From the NCBI GenBank assembly GCA_963716365.1, contig OY970307.1:2320349-2384348 (forward strand): a DNA stretch of 64,000 nt. The letters run 5' to 3'. The notes under the pieces are model-generated. The model did not search any database, was not told the origin of the DNA, and saw only the letters and a program-made list of their open reading frames with translations. This stretch comes from Candidatus Dormiibacterota bacterium. GTDB taxonomy: Bacteria > Chloroflexota > Dormibacteria > Aeolococcales > Aeolococcaceae. Below are positions 55,192 through 64,000 of this stretch, one piece after another. How positions within the stretch are numbered: position 1 is the stretch's first letter; each line of letters opens with the position of its first letter. The translations under genes and the position numbers were made by a program.

Positions 55192-57210
55192 ATGGGAACG
55201 ACGTTGCTCGTCCTGCTCGTTATCGCGGTCATCGCAGCCGGCGCCGCCGGCATCGCATGGGCAGCCGTGCACCGCGATGGGACAAGCCTCGGCTTCGTTC
55301 ACGGCGCGGGTGTCGCGCTGCTGGAAGCGCGTGACCTCGACGGCGCATCCGTCGACCTGCTCCGTCGAGCGGCCGCCAAGTTCAACGCGGAATGCGCCGA
55401 GCTCACGCTCATCCCGGAGGCGGGCAACCCCGCGGCCTTCAGGACGAGCCTGCGTGGCTCGGAGCCGGTGGATGTGATGCGCCCCGTTGACCTCGAGGAC
55501 GACGGGACCGCCGCCCTGGCGCCGCCCATCTTCGGAGTCGTCCACCTTGCTGCGGCGGCCACGGATCCATGGGTTTCGCGGCTGACAACACGCCTCAACA
55601 TCACCGGTGGCCTGGCGGTCTCGCTTCGCGTCGACGGTCGCACCATCGGCTATCTCGCGCTCGGTATCAGCCGGCTCGACAGCCCGACGGCCCGTGCGGA
55701 CGACGAGACCCTCCAGGAGCTGGCCAACCTCGCCGCGCTGACGTTGGAGCGAAGCCGCCTGCACGACGCGCTGCTGCGTCTCACGGCGCTGCAGAACGAG
55801 CTCGCCGACAGAGCCTTCCACGACCCGCTCACCCACCTCGCCAATCCCGCGCTGTTCGTCGACCGCATGGAGCGCGCGCTCCTCGAACGCGACCCGGAGC
55901 GACACGTCGTCAGCGTCATCTACGTCGACCTCGCGGATTTCCGCAGGATCAATGCCAAGCTCGGGCACACCGCCGGCGATGCCGTACTGATCGAGGTCGG
56001 CCGCCGTCTGCGCGAGTGTCTGCGGCGCACCGATACCGCCGCGCGGCTGGGAGGCGACGAGTTCGCGCTGCTCCTGCCAGAGGTCCTGCACCCCCGCGAG
56101 GCGGAGCTGATCGCGCAGCGTGTCGTCGAGACGCTCGCGCTCCCCGTCGACGTTGACGGCGGTCACGTATCGGTCGTGGCGTCCGTCGGGCTCGCGTCAG
56201 CGAACAGCGCGGACATCTCCGCGGCGCTCCTGCTGCGCAACGCCACTGAGGCCGCCACCGAAGCGCGCGATGCGGGTGCAACCGGCTTCCGCGTCCACGG
56301 CGGCGTCGCCGCCGGGCCTGTGGATTCCGGACTCCCCCAGGAGTTGCAGACCGCGCTCGACACCGGCGAGTTCGTCGTCCACTACCAGCCGATCGTGGAG
56401 CTCAAGACCGGCCGGATCCTCGGCGCGGAGGCACTGGTGCGCTGGCAGCACCCGGTCCGCGGGTTGCTCGCCCCGATCGATTTTCTCTCCGTCGCGATTG
56501 AGTGCGGCCTGGCCGAGAAGATCGAGGAGTTCGTGCTGCGCAGAGCGTGCCAGCAACTCCGCCGCTGGCAGAACGCGTATCCCGCCACCCCGGAGCTGGC
56601 GATCTCGGTCAACGTCTCCGCCGGCGCGCTCGGCAAGCGCGAGCTCGTCCAGCGCGTCAGCAAGTGCCTCGAGGAGGTGCAGGTGGATCCGGCGTGCCTG
56701 ATCCTCGAGGTGACCGAGAACGTGGTGCTGCAGGATCTGCACGGCACCATCGCGGCGTTCGACGCGCTGCAGCGTGCCGGCGTGCATGTCGCCATCGACA
56801 ACGTCGGCACGGGCTACACCTCCCTCGCGTATCTGCGCCGCCTCCCTATCGACATCCTCAAGATCGCGCGCCCGCTCGTCGCCGAGCTCGGAGATCCGAC
56901 CTCGAGCGGAGAGCTCGCGGCAACCGTCGTTCGCCACGGCGAGGCGCTGCGCCTCGCGCTGGTGGCGGAAGGTGTCGAGACGCCACTCCAGGTCGAGCGC
57001 CTCAACGCGCTCGGCTGCGGCATGGCGCAGGGATTCCACCTCGCTCGCCCCTGCGACGTCGAGGCCATGGAGACGTTGCTCGCCCGCGGCGGCCTCGATC
57101 CCGCGCAGTTCATGCGCACGGCGCCGCTCGCTCGCTCGGTTCCAAAGAAGAAGGTAACTCGACCGCGGCGCGTACCCTCATCGCGTGCAGCAGCGCGAAA
57201 CCCTGCGTGA
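55192..57210 (+). CDS. GAF-GGDEF-EAL protein with a single N-terminal TM helix; tandem paralog of the upstream gene
   Basis: One TM helix, GAF, GGDEF (RLGGDEFALL), and EAL (EALVRW, DNVGTGYTSL). Confidence 0.85.
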   Translation: MGTTLLVLLVIAVIAAGAAGIAWAAVHRDGTSLGFVHGAGVALLEARDLDGASVDLLRRAAAKFNAECAELTLIPEAGNPAAFRTSLRGSEPVDVMRPVDLEDDGTAALAPPIFGVVHLAAAATDPWVSRLTTRLNITGGLAVSLRVDGRTIGYLALGISRLDSPTARADDETLQELANLAALTLERSRLHDALLRLTALQNELADRAFHDPLTHLANPALFVDRMERALLERDPERHVVSVIYVDLADFRRINAKLGHTAGDAVLIEVGRRLRECLRRTDTAARLGGDEFALLLPEVLHPREAELIAQRVVETLALPVDVDGGHVSVVASVGLASANSADISAALLLRNATEAATEARDAGATGFRVHGGVAAGPVDSGLPQELQTALDTGEFVVHYQPIVELKTGRILGAEALVRWQHPVRGLLAPIDFLSVAIECGLAEKIEEFVLRRACQQLRRWQNAYPATPELAISVNVSAGALGKRELVQRVSKCLEEVQVDPACLILEVTENVVLQDLHGTIAAFDALQRAGVHVAIDNVGTGYTSLAYLRRLPIDILKIARPLVAELGDPTSSGELAATVVRHGEALRLALVAEGVETPLQVERLNALGCGMAQGFHLARPCDVEAMETLLARGGLDPAQFMRTAPLARSVPKKKVTRPRRVPSSRAAARNPA

Positions 57211-57964
57211 GCTTGCCGTCGCCGCGGCTGACTCAGCATCTGCCCACGTCGTTCGCGCCCACGCCGGCTCGGGCCCGCTGACCGCGGAGGTCAAGAGCCC
57301 GGGGGACTACGTCACCGAGGTCGACCGCGCGGCCGAGCAGGCAGCCATCGACGTGCTCCGATCCGGTGCGCCTGATATCCCCATCCTTGCTGAAGAGGCC
57401 GGTGGGGTCCGTGCCGAGCGCATGTGGGTCGTTGACCCGATCGACGGCACCACCAACTTCCTGCGCGGTTTCCCGGTGGTGGGGGTCAGTGTTGCTCTGG
57501 TCGAGGCGGGGCGACCCGTCGTCGGCGCGGTCAACGCGCCGCTGCTCGGTGCTTCCTGGAGCGCCGCGGAGGGGCTCGGGGCAACCGACAACCGCGGGCG
57601 GCGCCTCTCGGTGTCGAGCCACCCCGGAGCCGGCATCGTCGCGACGGGATTCCCGTTCCGCCGCAAGGACCGCCTGCCACGGTACTTCCCTGTTTTCGAG
57701 CAGGCGTTGACCCGGTTCGAGGACCTGCGTCGCGCGGGGGCCGCGAGCCTTGATCTCGCGTATGTCGGCGCCGGCGTCTTCGACGGGTTCTTCGAGCTCG
57801 GTCTGGGGATCTGGGACATCGCTGCCGGGGCCCTGCTCGTCCGCGAAGCCGGCGGCGTGGTGACCGACTGGGCCGGGGATGCGGATGCCGTGTTCGTCAG
57901 CGGCGACATCCTCGCCGGTACCCCGGCGTGGCATGCAGCGATGCTCGAGATCGTTGCTGCGTAA
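57185..57964 (+). CDS. Inositol monophosphatase family (SuhB/ImpA/CysQ-like) phosphatase
   Basis: VVDPIDGTTNF and WDIAAGALLVREAGG. Confidence 0.8.
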   Translation: MQQRETLRELAVAAADSASAHVVRAHAGSGPLTAEVKSPGDYVTEVDRAAEQAAIDVLRSGAPDIPILAEEAGGVRAERMWVVDPIDGTTNFLRGFPVVGVSVALVEAGRPVVGAVNAPLLGASWSAAEGLGATDNRGRRLSVSSHPGAGIVATGFPFRRKDRLPRYFPVFEQALTRFEDLRRAGAASLDLAYVGAGVFDGFFELGLGIWDIAAGALLVREAGGVVTDWAGDADAVFVSGDILAGTPAWHAAMLEIVAA

Positions 57965-58003
57965 CTGCGCCGACCCTCCCCGGACTTATAAGGTACGTCG
58001 CTT

Positions 58004-58831
58004 GTGAGTAGCCCAGAGACCAACCCCACCACCAACCTGCTGCGCGGGAAACGCATCCTCGTCACCGGGGTGCTCACCCCGAAGAGCATCGCGTTCGCCA
58101 TCGCTGCCGCGTGCCAGCAAGCGGGTGCCGAGGTGGTGCTGACGTCGTTCGGCAGGGCGATGAGCCTGACGAAGCGGAGCGCCAACAGGCTCGACCCGGT
58201 GCCCGAAGTCCTCGAGCTCGACGTCACCGACGTCGCCCAGGCGCAGGCAGTCGCCGACCATGTCCGAGGCAGCCTCGGTGGTCTGGACGGCGTCGTCCAT
58301 GCCATCGGCTTCGCTCCCGAGGACTGCCTCGGCGGCGGCTTTCTCGACGCTCCGTGGAGCTCGGTGGCGACAGCCTTCCACGTCAGCAGCTACTCGCTGC
58401 GCACGCTGGCCGCCGCGTTCACGCCATTGATGCCGGAAACAGGCGGCGCGCTGGTCGCGCTCACCTTCGACGCGCGCATCGCGTGGCCGCTCTACGACTG
58501 GATGGGGCCGGCCAAAGCCGCACTCGAGTCGATCGCGCGCTATCTGGCGCGCGAGCTCGGTCCGCGAAAGATCCGCGTCAACACCATCTCCGCCGGTCCG
58601 CTCGAGACGATCGCCGCGCGGTCGATCCCGGGGTTCGAGGTGTTGAAGTCCTCGTGGGGCAAGCAGGCACCGCTCGGATGGGACAGCGCCGACAGCGGCC
58701 CCGTCGCCGATGTCACAGCGTTCCTGCTCAGTGACCTCGCGCGAGCAATCACCGGCGAGATGATCCATGTCGACGGCGGCTATCACTCGCAGGGCGCGCA
58801 GCTGATTCCGCAGGGGGAGGTGCAGGCATGA
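58004..58831 (+). CDS. fabI: Enoyl-[acyl-carrier-protein] reductase (NADH), FabI/InhA-like
   Basis: GKRILVTGVLTPKSIAF, the catalytic Y...K region (MGPAKAALES) and RVNTISAGP. Confidence 0.9.
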   Translation: MSSPETNPTTNLLRGKRILVTGVLTPKSIAFAIAAACQQAGAEVVLTSFGRAMSLTKRSANRLDPVPEVLELDVTDVAQAQAVADHVRGSLGGLDGVVHAIGFAPEDCLGGGFLDAPWSSVATAFHVSSYSLRTLAAAFTPLMPETGGALVALTFDARIAWPLYDWMGPAKAALESIARYLARELGPRKIRVNTISAGPLETIAARSIPGFEVLKSSWGKQAPLGWDSADSGPVADVTAFLLSDLARAITGEMIHVDGGYHSQGAQLIPQGEVQA

Positions 58832-60099
58832 GCGGCAGCAACGGAAACGGCAACGGCGGGAGTCCTCGCGTCGCGATCACCGGCATCGGCGCCGTGACGC
58901 CGCTCGGGCTCGACGCGGAATCGACGTGGCAGTCGTGCCGCCGTGGTCAGGGTGGCATCGGTCCGATCACGGCATTCGACGCCTCGCATCTCACCACGCA
59001 GATCGCGGGACAGGTCAAAGGGTTTGATCCCGAGGTGGTCATCGGCAAGAAGGAAGCGCGCCGGATGAGCCGCTGCACGCAGCTCGCCGTCTTCGCTGCG
59101 CGTCAGGCGATCGAGGACTCAGGCCTGGACATCAGGTCGATGCCCGAGGACGTCGGCGTGCTCGTCGCATCGGGTGTCGGCGGTATCGAGGTGATCGAAC
59201 GCAACGTCCTCGCGCTGTACAACCAGGGACCACGCCGCGTCTCGCCGTTCACGGTGCCATCGATGATCATCGACATGCCGGCGGGCGCGATTGCGATCGA
59301 GTGCGGGGCGAAAGGCGTGAACTACGCCATCGTCAGCGCTTGCGCGTCATCCGGGCACGCCATCGGCGAGGCGGCTGAGTGGATTCGTCGTGGCGAGGCG
59401 ACGGCGATCATCACCGGCGGCACCGAGGCATCGATCACCAATATCAGCGTCGCGGCTTTCGACGCGATGCAGGCGCTGTCGACGCGCAACGACGAACCCG
59501 AGCGCGCGTCGCGGCCGTTCGACAAGGATCGCGACGGCTTCGTCATGGGCGAGGGAGCGGGCATGTTCGTGCTCGAGGACTGGGGCCACGCCGTCGCGCG
59601 TGGCGCGCACATCTACGGCGAGGTCGCCGGCTACGGCGCCACTGCGGACGCGTACCACATCACGCAGCCGGACGAGCAGGGCGACGGCGCGCGTCGCTGC
59701 ATCCTGCGCTCGCTCAAGCGCGCAGGGCGCGGGCCGGACGAGGTCGACTACATCAACGCTCACGGCACATCGACGCAGATGAACGACGCCGCCGAGACCA
59801 AGGCGGTCAAGGCCGCGCTGGGCGAGCTCGCCGGAACGATACCGATGTCGTCGACGAAGTCGATGCACGGGCATCTCCTCGGCGCCGCTGGTGCGGTGGA
59901 GGCGGTCATCACAGTTCTGGCCATTCGTGACCAGTTCGTGCCGCCGACGATCAATCTGGACGAGCCCGATCCCGAGTGCGACCTCGACTACGTCCCCAAC
60001 CAGGGTCGCGACGCCCGCATCGACTTCGCGCTCAGCACCTCGTATGGGTTCGGCGGCCACAACGTGTGCCTGGCGCTGGCCCGCGCCGATGGAGCCTGA
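58828..60099 (+). CDS. fabF: 3-oxoacyl-ACP synthase II (FabF/KasA-like)
   Basis: Active-site Cys (SACASSGHAIG), His-His region (NAHGTST...HLLGAAG), and the C-terminal GFGGHN. Confidence 0.9.
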   Translation: MSGSNGNGNGGSPRVAITGIGAVTPLGLDAESTWQSCRRGQGGIGPITAFDASHLTTQIAGQVKGFDPEVVIGKKEARRMSRCTQLAVFAARQAIEDSGLDIRSMPEDVGVLVASGVGGIEVIERNVLALYNQGPRRVSPFTVPSMIIDMPAGAIAIECGAKGVNYAIVSACASSGHAIGEAAEWIRRGEATAIITGGTEASITNISVAAFDAMQALSTRNDEPERASRPFDKDRDGFVMGEGAGMFVLEDWGHAVARGAHIYGEVAGYGATADAYHITQPDEQGDGARRCILRSLKRAGRGPDEVDYINAHGTSTQMNDAAETKAVKAALGELAGTIPMSSTKSMHGHLLGAAGAVEAVITVLAIRDQFVPPTINLDEPDPECDLDYVPNQGRDARIDFALSTSYGFGGHNVCLALARADGA

Positions 60100-60628
60100 C
60101 CGGCTCGTTCGCGACGCAGGGCAGGGGCGCATCGCCCTTCGGCGCGCCGACATCACCACGCTGGCTGTCGACGCGATCGTCAACGCCGCGAACAGCCGTC
60201 TGGCCGGCGGTGGCGGCGTTGACGGGGCGATCCACCGGGCCGCCGGTGCTGACCTGATGCATGAGCTGCGGGAGCGGTACTCGGGATGTCCGGCCGGCTC
60301 GGCGGTCATCACGAGTGCTGCCCGTCTCAATGCTCGCTACGTCATCCACGCCGTCGGCCCGCGCTGGCGCGACGGCCGCCACGACGAGCCGGCGCTGCTG
60401 GCATCGGCATATCGATCGGCGTTCGCACTCGCCGCCGAGCACGGCTGCGAGACCGTTGCCGCGCCGTCGATCAGCACGGGGATCTACGGCTTCCCGATCG
60501 ACCAGGCCGCGCCGATCGCGATCGAGGCGGCGAACGCAGCGTTGTGCGCGGACGCCACGTCCCTGCGCGAGATCACCTTCGCACTCTTCTCCGACGTTGA
60601 TCTCGAGATCTTCGCGAGGGCCCTGTGA
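60089..60628 (+). CDS. Macro-domain protein (ADP-ribose / O-acetyl-ADP-ribose binding, YmdB-like)
   Basis: The internal ATG overlaps the fabF stop. RADITTLAVDAIVNAANSRLAGGGGVDGAIHRAAG and YGFP match the macro-domain signatures. Confidence 0.75.
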   Translation: MEPDRLVRDAGQGRIALRRADITTLAVDAIVNAANSRLAGGGGVDGAIHRAAGADLMHELRERYSGCPAGSAVITSAARLNARYVIHAVGPRWRDGRHDEPALLASAYRSAFALAAEHGCETVAAPSISTGIYGFPIDQAAPIAIEAANAALCADATSLREITFALFSDVDLEIFARAL

Positions 60629-60646
60629 CGCCACCTTGACGGTGGC

Positions 60647-61933
60647 GTGGGCGATCTGGCCATAGAGTGGGCAGCGCCAGTGCCTGCGCGCCCGCGGTGG
60701 TTCGCCGCCGCCTTCATCACCGTCGCTTCGATCGTCCTCGCGCACTATGCGCAGGTCTGGGCCGTCGTGCCCTCCTCGCTGGCCCCGACGAGCGACTTTG
60801 CGGGCACTTACGTCGCCGCGACGCTCATCCGGACCGGTCACGCGGAGCAGATCTACGACCCGGCGGTTGAGCGGCAGGCGCTCGTGCAGAGCGGCGCCCC
60901 TGCCGGACACGACGACATCCCGTTCGAGAATCCCCCTGGAGCCGCGGTCGTCGCGCTGCCGTTCAGTCTTTTGAGCGCCGGGGCCGCATGGCGGGCATGG
61001 TCGATCCTGCAGCTGCTGTTCGTGGCGCTCTCACTCTGGATGGTGGCTCGAACCGCTCCCTGGCCCGCAGCGCTGTCGCGGGTTCAGCGGGCGGCGATCG
61101 GGCTCATTGCACTTGCGGGCTTCGGGACAGGGTTGGTCCTGCTCGAAGGCCAGTGGGACGGCGTGTCCGTCGTGGGCCTGGCGATCGCCTATGTGGCCTG
61201 GCGGAAGGGCAGACCCGGGCTGGCGGGCTTCGCCCTGGGTTTCACCGCGGCGATCGCCAAGCCGCAGTTGGTGATCGGGATCGCCGCGTACATGCTGGGC
61301 AGGCGGGACTGGCGCGGGATTGCCGGTGCCATCGCCGGCGCGGCGGTCACGGTGCTGATCGGACTGCTCGCCGGTGGTCCACACGGACTGTCGTCGTTCG
61401 TCTCGGCGGTGGCGACCCCGCACAACTCGCCGACGGCGGAGATGCAGGGCAGTAGCGGGCTCTTCGGGTCACTCCTGGGCCAGGCGCCGGGCGTGTACTA
61501 CCTCTCGATCGCGGCCGGCCTGGCCGCGGCCGCCGTGGCTGGGTGGCTCGGTGCGATCACGCGCCATCGCGTCGACCTTTTCGAGCCCTCGCTGTGTGCC
61601 GCCGTCGCCCTCTCGCTGTTCGCCTCGCCGCATCTCCTCGGACACGATCTGACCCTGCTCGCGCCCGCCCTGATCGGCGGGCTCGCATGGTTGGCTGGCC
61701 GGCCAACCGAGGCGGCCTGGCCAGGACCGGGCACGCTTGTCGTCATTGCGGGATGGGCACTGCTGTCGGTCGCGACGATGGCCGATCTCGGCCAGAACAC
61801 CGTCGGCCCTCCCGGCCGTGCGACCCCCTGGGCGCTGTTGCTGGTCGCCGTGACCTGGTGCGCGCTGACCGTCGGCGCGCAGCGCGCCGGCGATGCCCGG
61901 CCTGCACTTGAACGTCGATCCGCCGTAGCGTAG
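60647..61933 (+). CDS. Polytopic membrane protein, GT-C/DUF2029-like (GT87 mannosyltransferase-like)
   Basis: Ten or more hydrophobic helices with a Gly/Ala-rich composition; the start is uncertain. Confidence 0.45.
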   Translation: MGDLAIEWAAPVPARPRWFAAAFITVASIVLAHYAQVWAVVPSSLAPTSDFAGTYVAATLIRTGHAEQIYDPAVERQALVQSGAPAGHDDIPFENPPGAAVVALPFSLLSAGAAWRAWSILQLLFVALSLWMVARTAPWPAALSRVQRAAIGLIALAGFGTGLVLLEGQWDGVSVVGLAIAYVAWRKGRPGLAGFALGFTAAIAKPQLVIGIAAYMLGRRDWRGIAGAIAGAAVTVLIGLLAGGPHGLSSFVSAVATPHNSPTAEMQGSSGLFGSLLGQAPGVYYLSIAAGLAAAAVAGWLGAITRHRVDLFEPSLCAAVALSLFASPHLLGHDLTLLAPALIGGLAWLAGRPTEAAWPGPGTLVVIAGWALLSVATMADLGQNTVGPPGRATPWALLLVAVTWCALTVGAQRAGDARPALERRSAVA

Positions 61934-62005
61934 GAGTTGATCTGACGACTTCATGGGTACGTTCACGAGCATGAAAGGCATGGCCGCCATCATTCGAGCA
62001 GCACG

Positions 62006-63160
62006 ATGAACCGCAGCACGAGCAAGGAAGTCCCACTCGGGCGGATTGCCGGGATCAGGATCACGGCCGACTGGAGCGTGCTCGTCATCGGCGCCCTCCT
62101 CGCGTGGGGTGTCGCCGGCGCCGCTGTCCCGGGCGAGGCGCCGGGCACGTCGGTATGGATGGCGTGGATGGTCGGCGCCATCGTCGCGCTGCTGCTGCTC
62201 GCCTCGCTCACCGCCCACGAGCTTGGCCACGCACTGCTGGCCCGCCGGCGCGGCATCGCGGTCGAGGGCATCCGCCTCTGGCTCTTCGGCGGCGTCGCAC
62301 AGATGAGCGGCGACTGGATGACCGGCAAGACGGAGATGCTCGTCGCCGCGATCGGACCGGCGATCACGCTCGTGATCACTGCGCTGTTCACCGCCGCCAC
62401 CTGGCTGTTCGTCACCGTGAGCGCGCCGCCGCTGGTCGTGGTCGTCGCCGAATGGGTCGCCGCGGTCAACCTGCTGCTCCTGCTCTTCAACCTGATCCCC
62501 GCGTTCCCACTCGACGGCGGGCGGATCCTGCGTGGGTTCATCTGGACGCGGACCAAGAACCGCATGTCCGCGACGGTCGCCGCGGCCCGCGTCGGTCGCG
62601 TCTTCGCCATCGCACTGGTCGGCATCGGCCTGCTGGACGCCTTCTTCTACGACCCTGTCGGCGGCGTCTGGCTGATGTTGATCGGCTGGTTCCTCGACAA
62701 CACCGCCCGCGGCGAGGCGCAGAGCGAGCAGGCTCGCCAGGTGCTCGAGGGCCTGCTCGTCGGCGACGTGATGTCCAAGGACCCGGTAGTCGTGCCGTCA
62801 TGGATCACCGTCGACCTGCTCGTCAACCAGTACGTCGCCGGCCACCACGACACGTCGTTCCCGACCCACAGCATCGACGGACGCGTGGACGGGCTGGTGA
62901 CGATGCGCGGGATCAAGAAACTGCCGGCGCAGCAGCGCGGCCTGCGTCGTGCCATCGACATCGCCATCCCGGCCGCGAGCGTGCCGATCGCTCGCCGCGA
63001 CGAGAAGCTCACCGACCTGCTCAAGCGCCTCGGGCCGGCGTCGGATGGCCGCGCGATGGTCTACGACTCGGACCGCCTCGTCGGCATCGTCTCGCCGAGC
63101 GACATCTACCGCCTGCTCCACGGCGGCACGCCGCGTCCGCCCGCTCCTGCCGCCGCGTAG
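62006..63160 (+). CDS. Site-2 protease (M50 family) with a C-terminal CBS pair
   Basis: HELGHAL zinc motif, the LDGG second motif, then CBS domains. Confidence 0.8.
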   Translation: MNRSTSKEVPLGRIAGIRITADWSVLVIGALLAWGVAGAAVPGEAPGTSVWMAWMVGAIVALLLLASLTAHELGHALLARRRGIAVEGIRLWLFGGVAQMSGDWMTGKTEMLVAAIGPAITLVITALFTAATWLFVTVSAPPLVVVVAEWVAAVNLLLLLFNLIPAFPLDGGRILRGFIWTRTKNRMSATVAAARVGRVFAIALVGIGLLDAFFYDPVGGVWLMLIGWFLDNTARGEAQSEQARQVLEGLLVGDVMSKDPVVVPSWITVDLLVNQYVAGHHDTSFPTHSIDGRVDGLVTMRGIKKLPAQQRGLRRAIDIAIPAASVPIARRDEKLTDLLKRLGPASDGRAMVYDSDRLVGIVSPSDIYRLLHGGTPRPPAPAAA

Positions 63161-63167
63161 ATCAGCG

Positions 63168-64000
63168 CTACGCGTGGTCCTCGACGCCGAGGATCAGCTT
63201 CCCGAAGTTCTCGCCGCGAAAGAGCCGCAGGAGGGTGTCCGGGAATGATTCGAGCCCGGTGATGATGTCCTCGAGGGAACGCAGCCGGCCCTCGGCGATC
63301 CATCCCGCCATCTCGGCTCCAGCCTCCTGGTAGCGCGCGGCGAAGTCGAAGACGAGAAACCCCTCCATACGCGCCCGGTCCACGAGCAGCGCCATGTAGT
63401 TCGCCGGTCCCCGGGCGGGGCCCTCGTTGTTGTACTGCGAGACCGAGCCACAGATGACGATACGGGCGTGGCGCGCAAGTCGCGTCAGTGCGGCGTCGAG
63501 CACGTCACCCCCGACGTTGTCGAAATACACGTTGATGCGGTCCGGGCACTGCTCGCGCAGCGCGATCCGGACGTCCTCGCTCTTGTAATCGATCGCCGCA
63601 TCGAAACCGAGCTCATCGACGATGAACCGGCACTTCTCCGGGCCGCCGGCGATGCCGATCACGCGGCAGCCTTTGATCTTCGCGATCTGTCCGACCGCCA
63701 TGCCCACCGCGCCCGCAGCGCCGGACACGACGACGGTGTCTCCTGCCACGGGTTTGCCGATGTCGAGCAGGCCGAAATATGCCGTCATGCCCGTCATTCC
63801 GAGCACGCTGAGATACGTCGTTAGCGGCGCCAGGTCGGTGGAGACACGAGTTCACCCCGGATCCGTCACTGAGCGCGTACGCCTGGACGCCGAAGCTGCC
63901 GGTCACGTGGTCACCGGCGGAGAAGCCCGGGTGCCGCAACTCGACCACCTCCCCGGCGCCGAGCGCCCGCATGACCTCGCCGATCCCGACGGGCGGGATG
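63168..64000 (-). pseudogene. NADP-dependent medium-chain dehydrogenase/reductase (YncB/CurA-like), partial; apparent +1 frameshift at 63848-63853
   Basis: The C-terminal frame (from 63806) reads LSVLGMTGMTAYFGLLDIGKP...VSGAAGAVG. The N-terminal frame (ORF 63613..63972) reads VVELRHPGFSAGDHVTGSFGVQAYALSDGSGVNS. Removing one A from GTGAACTCG restores ...DGSGVTRVSTDLAPLTTYLSVLGMTG. Confidence 0.7.

Overview
This is a high-GC (about 70%) bacterial chromosomal window that spans the replication-origin neighbourhood. The origin core is parA-parB ... jag-yidC-yidD-rnpA-rpmH | dnaA-dnaN | DUF721-recF (inverted). DnaA-box clusters lie upstream of dnaA and in the dnaA-dnaN spacer, next to an AT-rich unwinding element. 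The first 16 kb hold glpX, an isocitrate-dehydrogenase-family gene, a NifS-like desulfurase and a full SUF Fe-S assembly locus: Rrf2 regulator, sufC-sufB-sufD-Rieske-sufS, then sufU-sufT. The locus is interrupted by a secreted DUF3494 ice-binding-like protein, an alpha/beta hydrolase and an MFS transporter. Other content includes sodA, a CopC-CopD fusion, lepB, ndk, an M16 peptidase, folP-folK, two paralogous beta-class DNA methyltransferases flanking an acyl-CoA dehydrogenase, an SF1 Zn-ribbon helicase, an ECF sigma-ogt pair, two tandem GAF-GGDEF-EAL proteins, fabI-fabF, a macro-domain protein, an S2P protease and several hypotheticals. A free-standing LAGLIDADG-like protein sits beside parA, and a DUF4388 protein with an (EP)n linker faces an orphan OmpR regulator. 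No tRNA, rRNA, CRISPR array, transposase or prophage gene was recognised. The most striking observation is five +1 frameshifts (pfkB-like kinase, sufD, rnpA, dnaN and a partial oxidoreductase). Each can be explained by one extra A at a GANTC site (GA[A]CTC x4, GA[A]GTC x1), and three hit genes expected to be essential. This argues for systematic sequencing error, possibly at methylated adenines, rather than true pseudogenes, and it may link to the two GANTC-family (HinfI/CcrM-class) methyltransferases in this window. Many long antisense ORFs in the six-frame track are rejected as high-GC artefacts.
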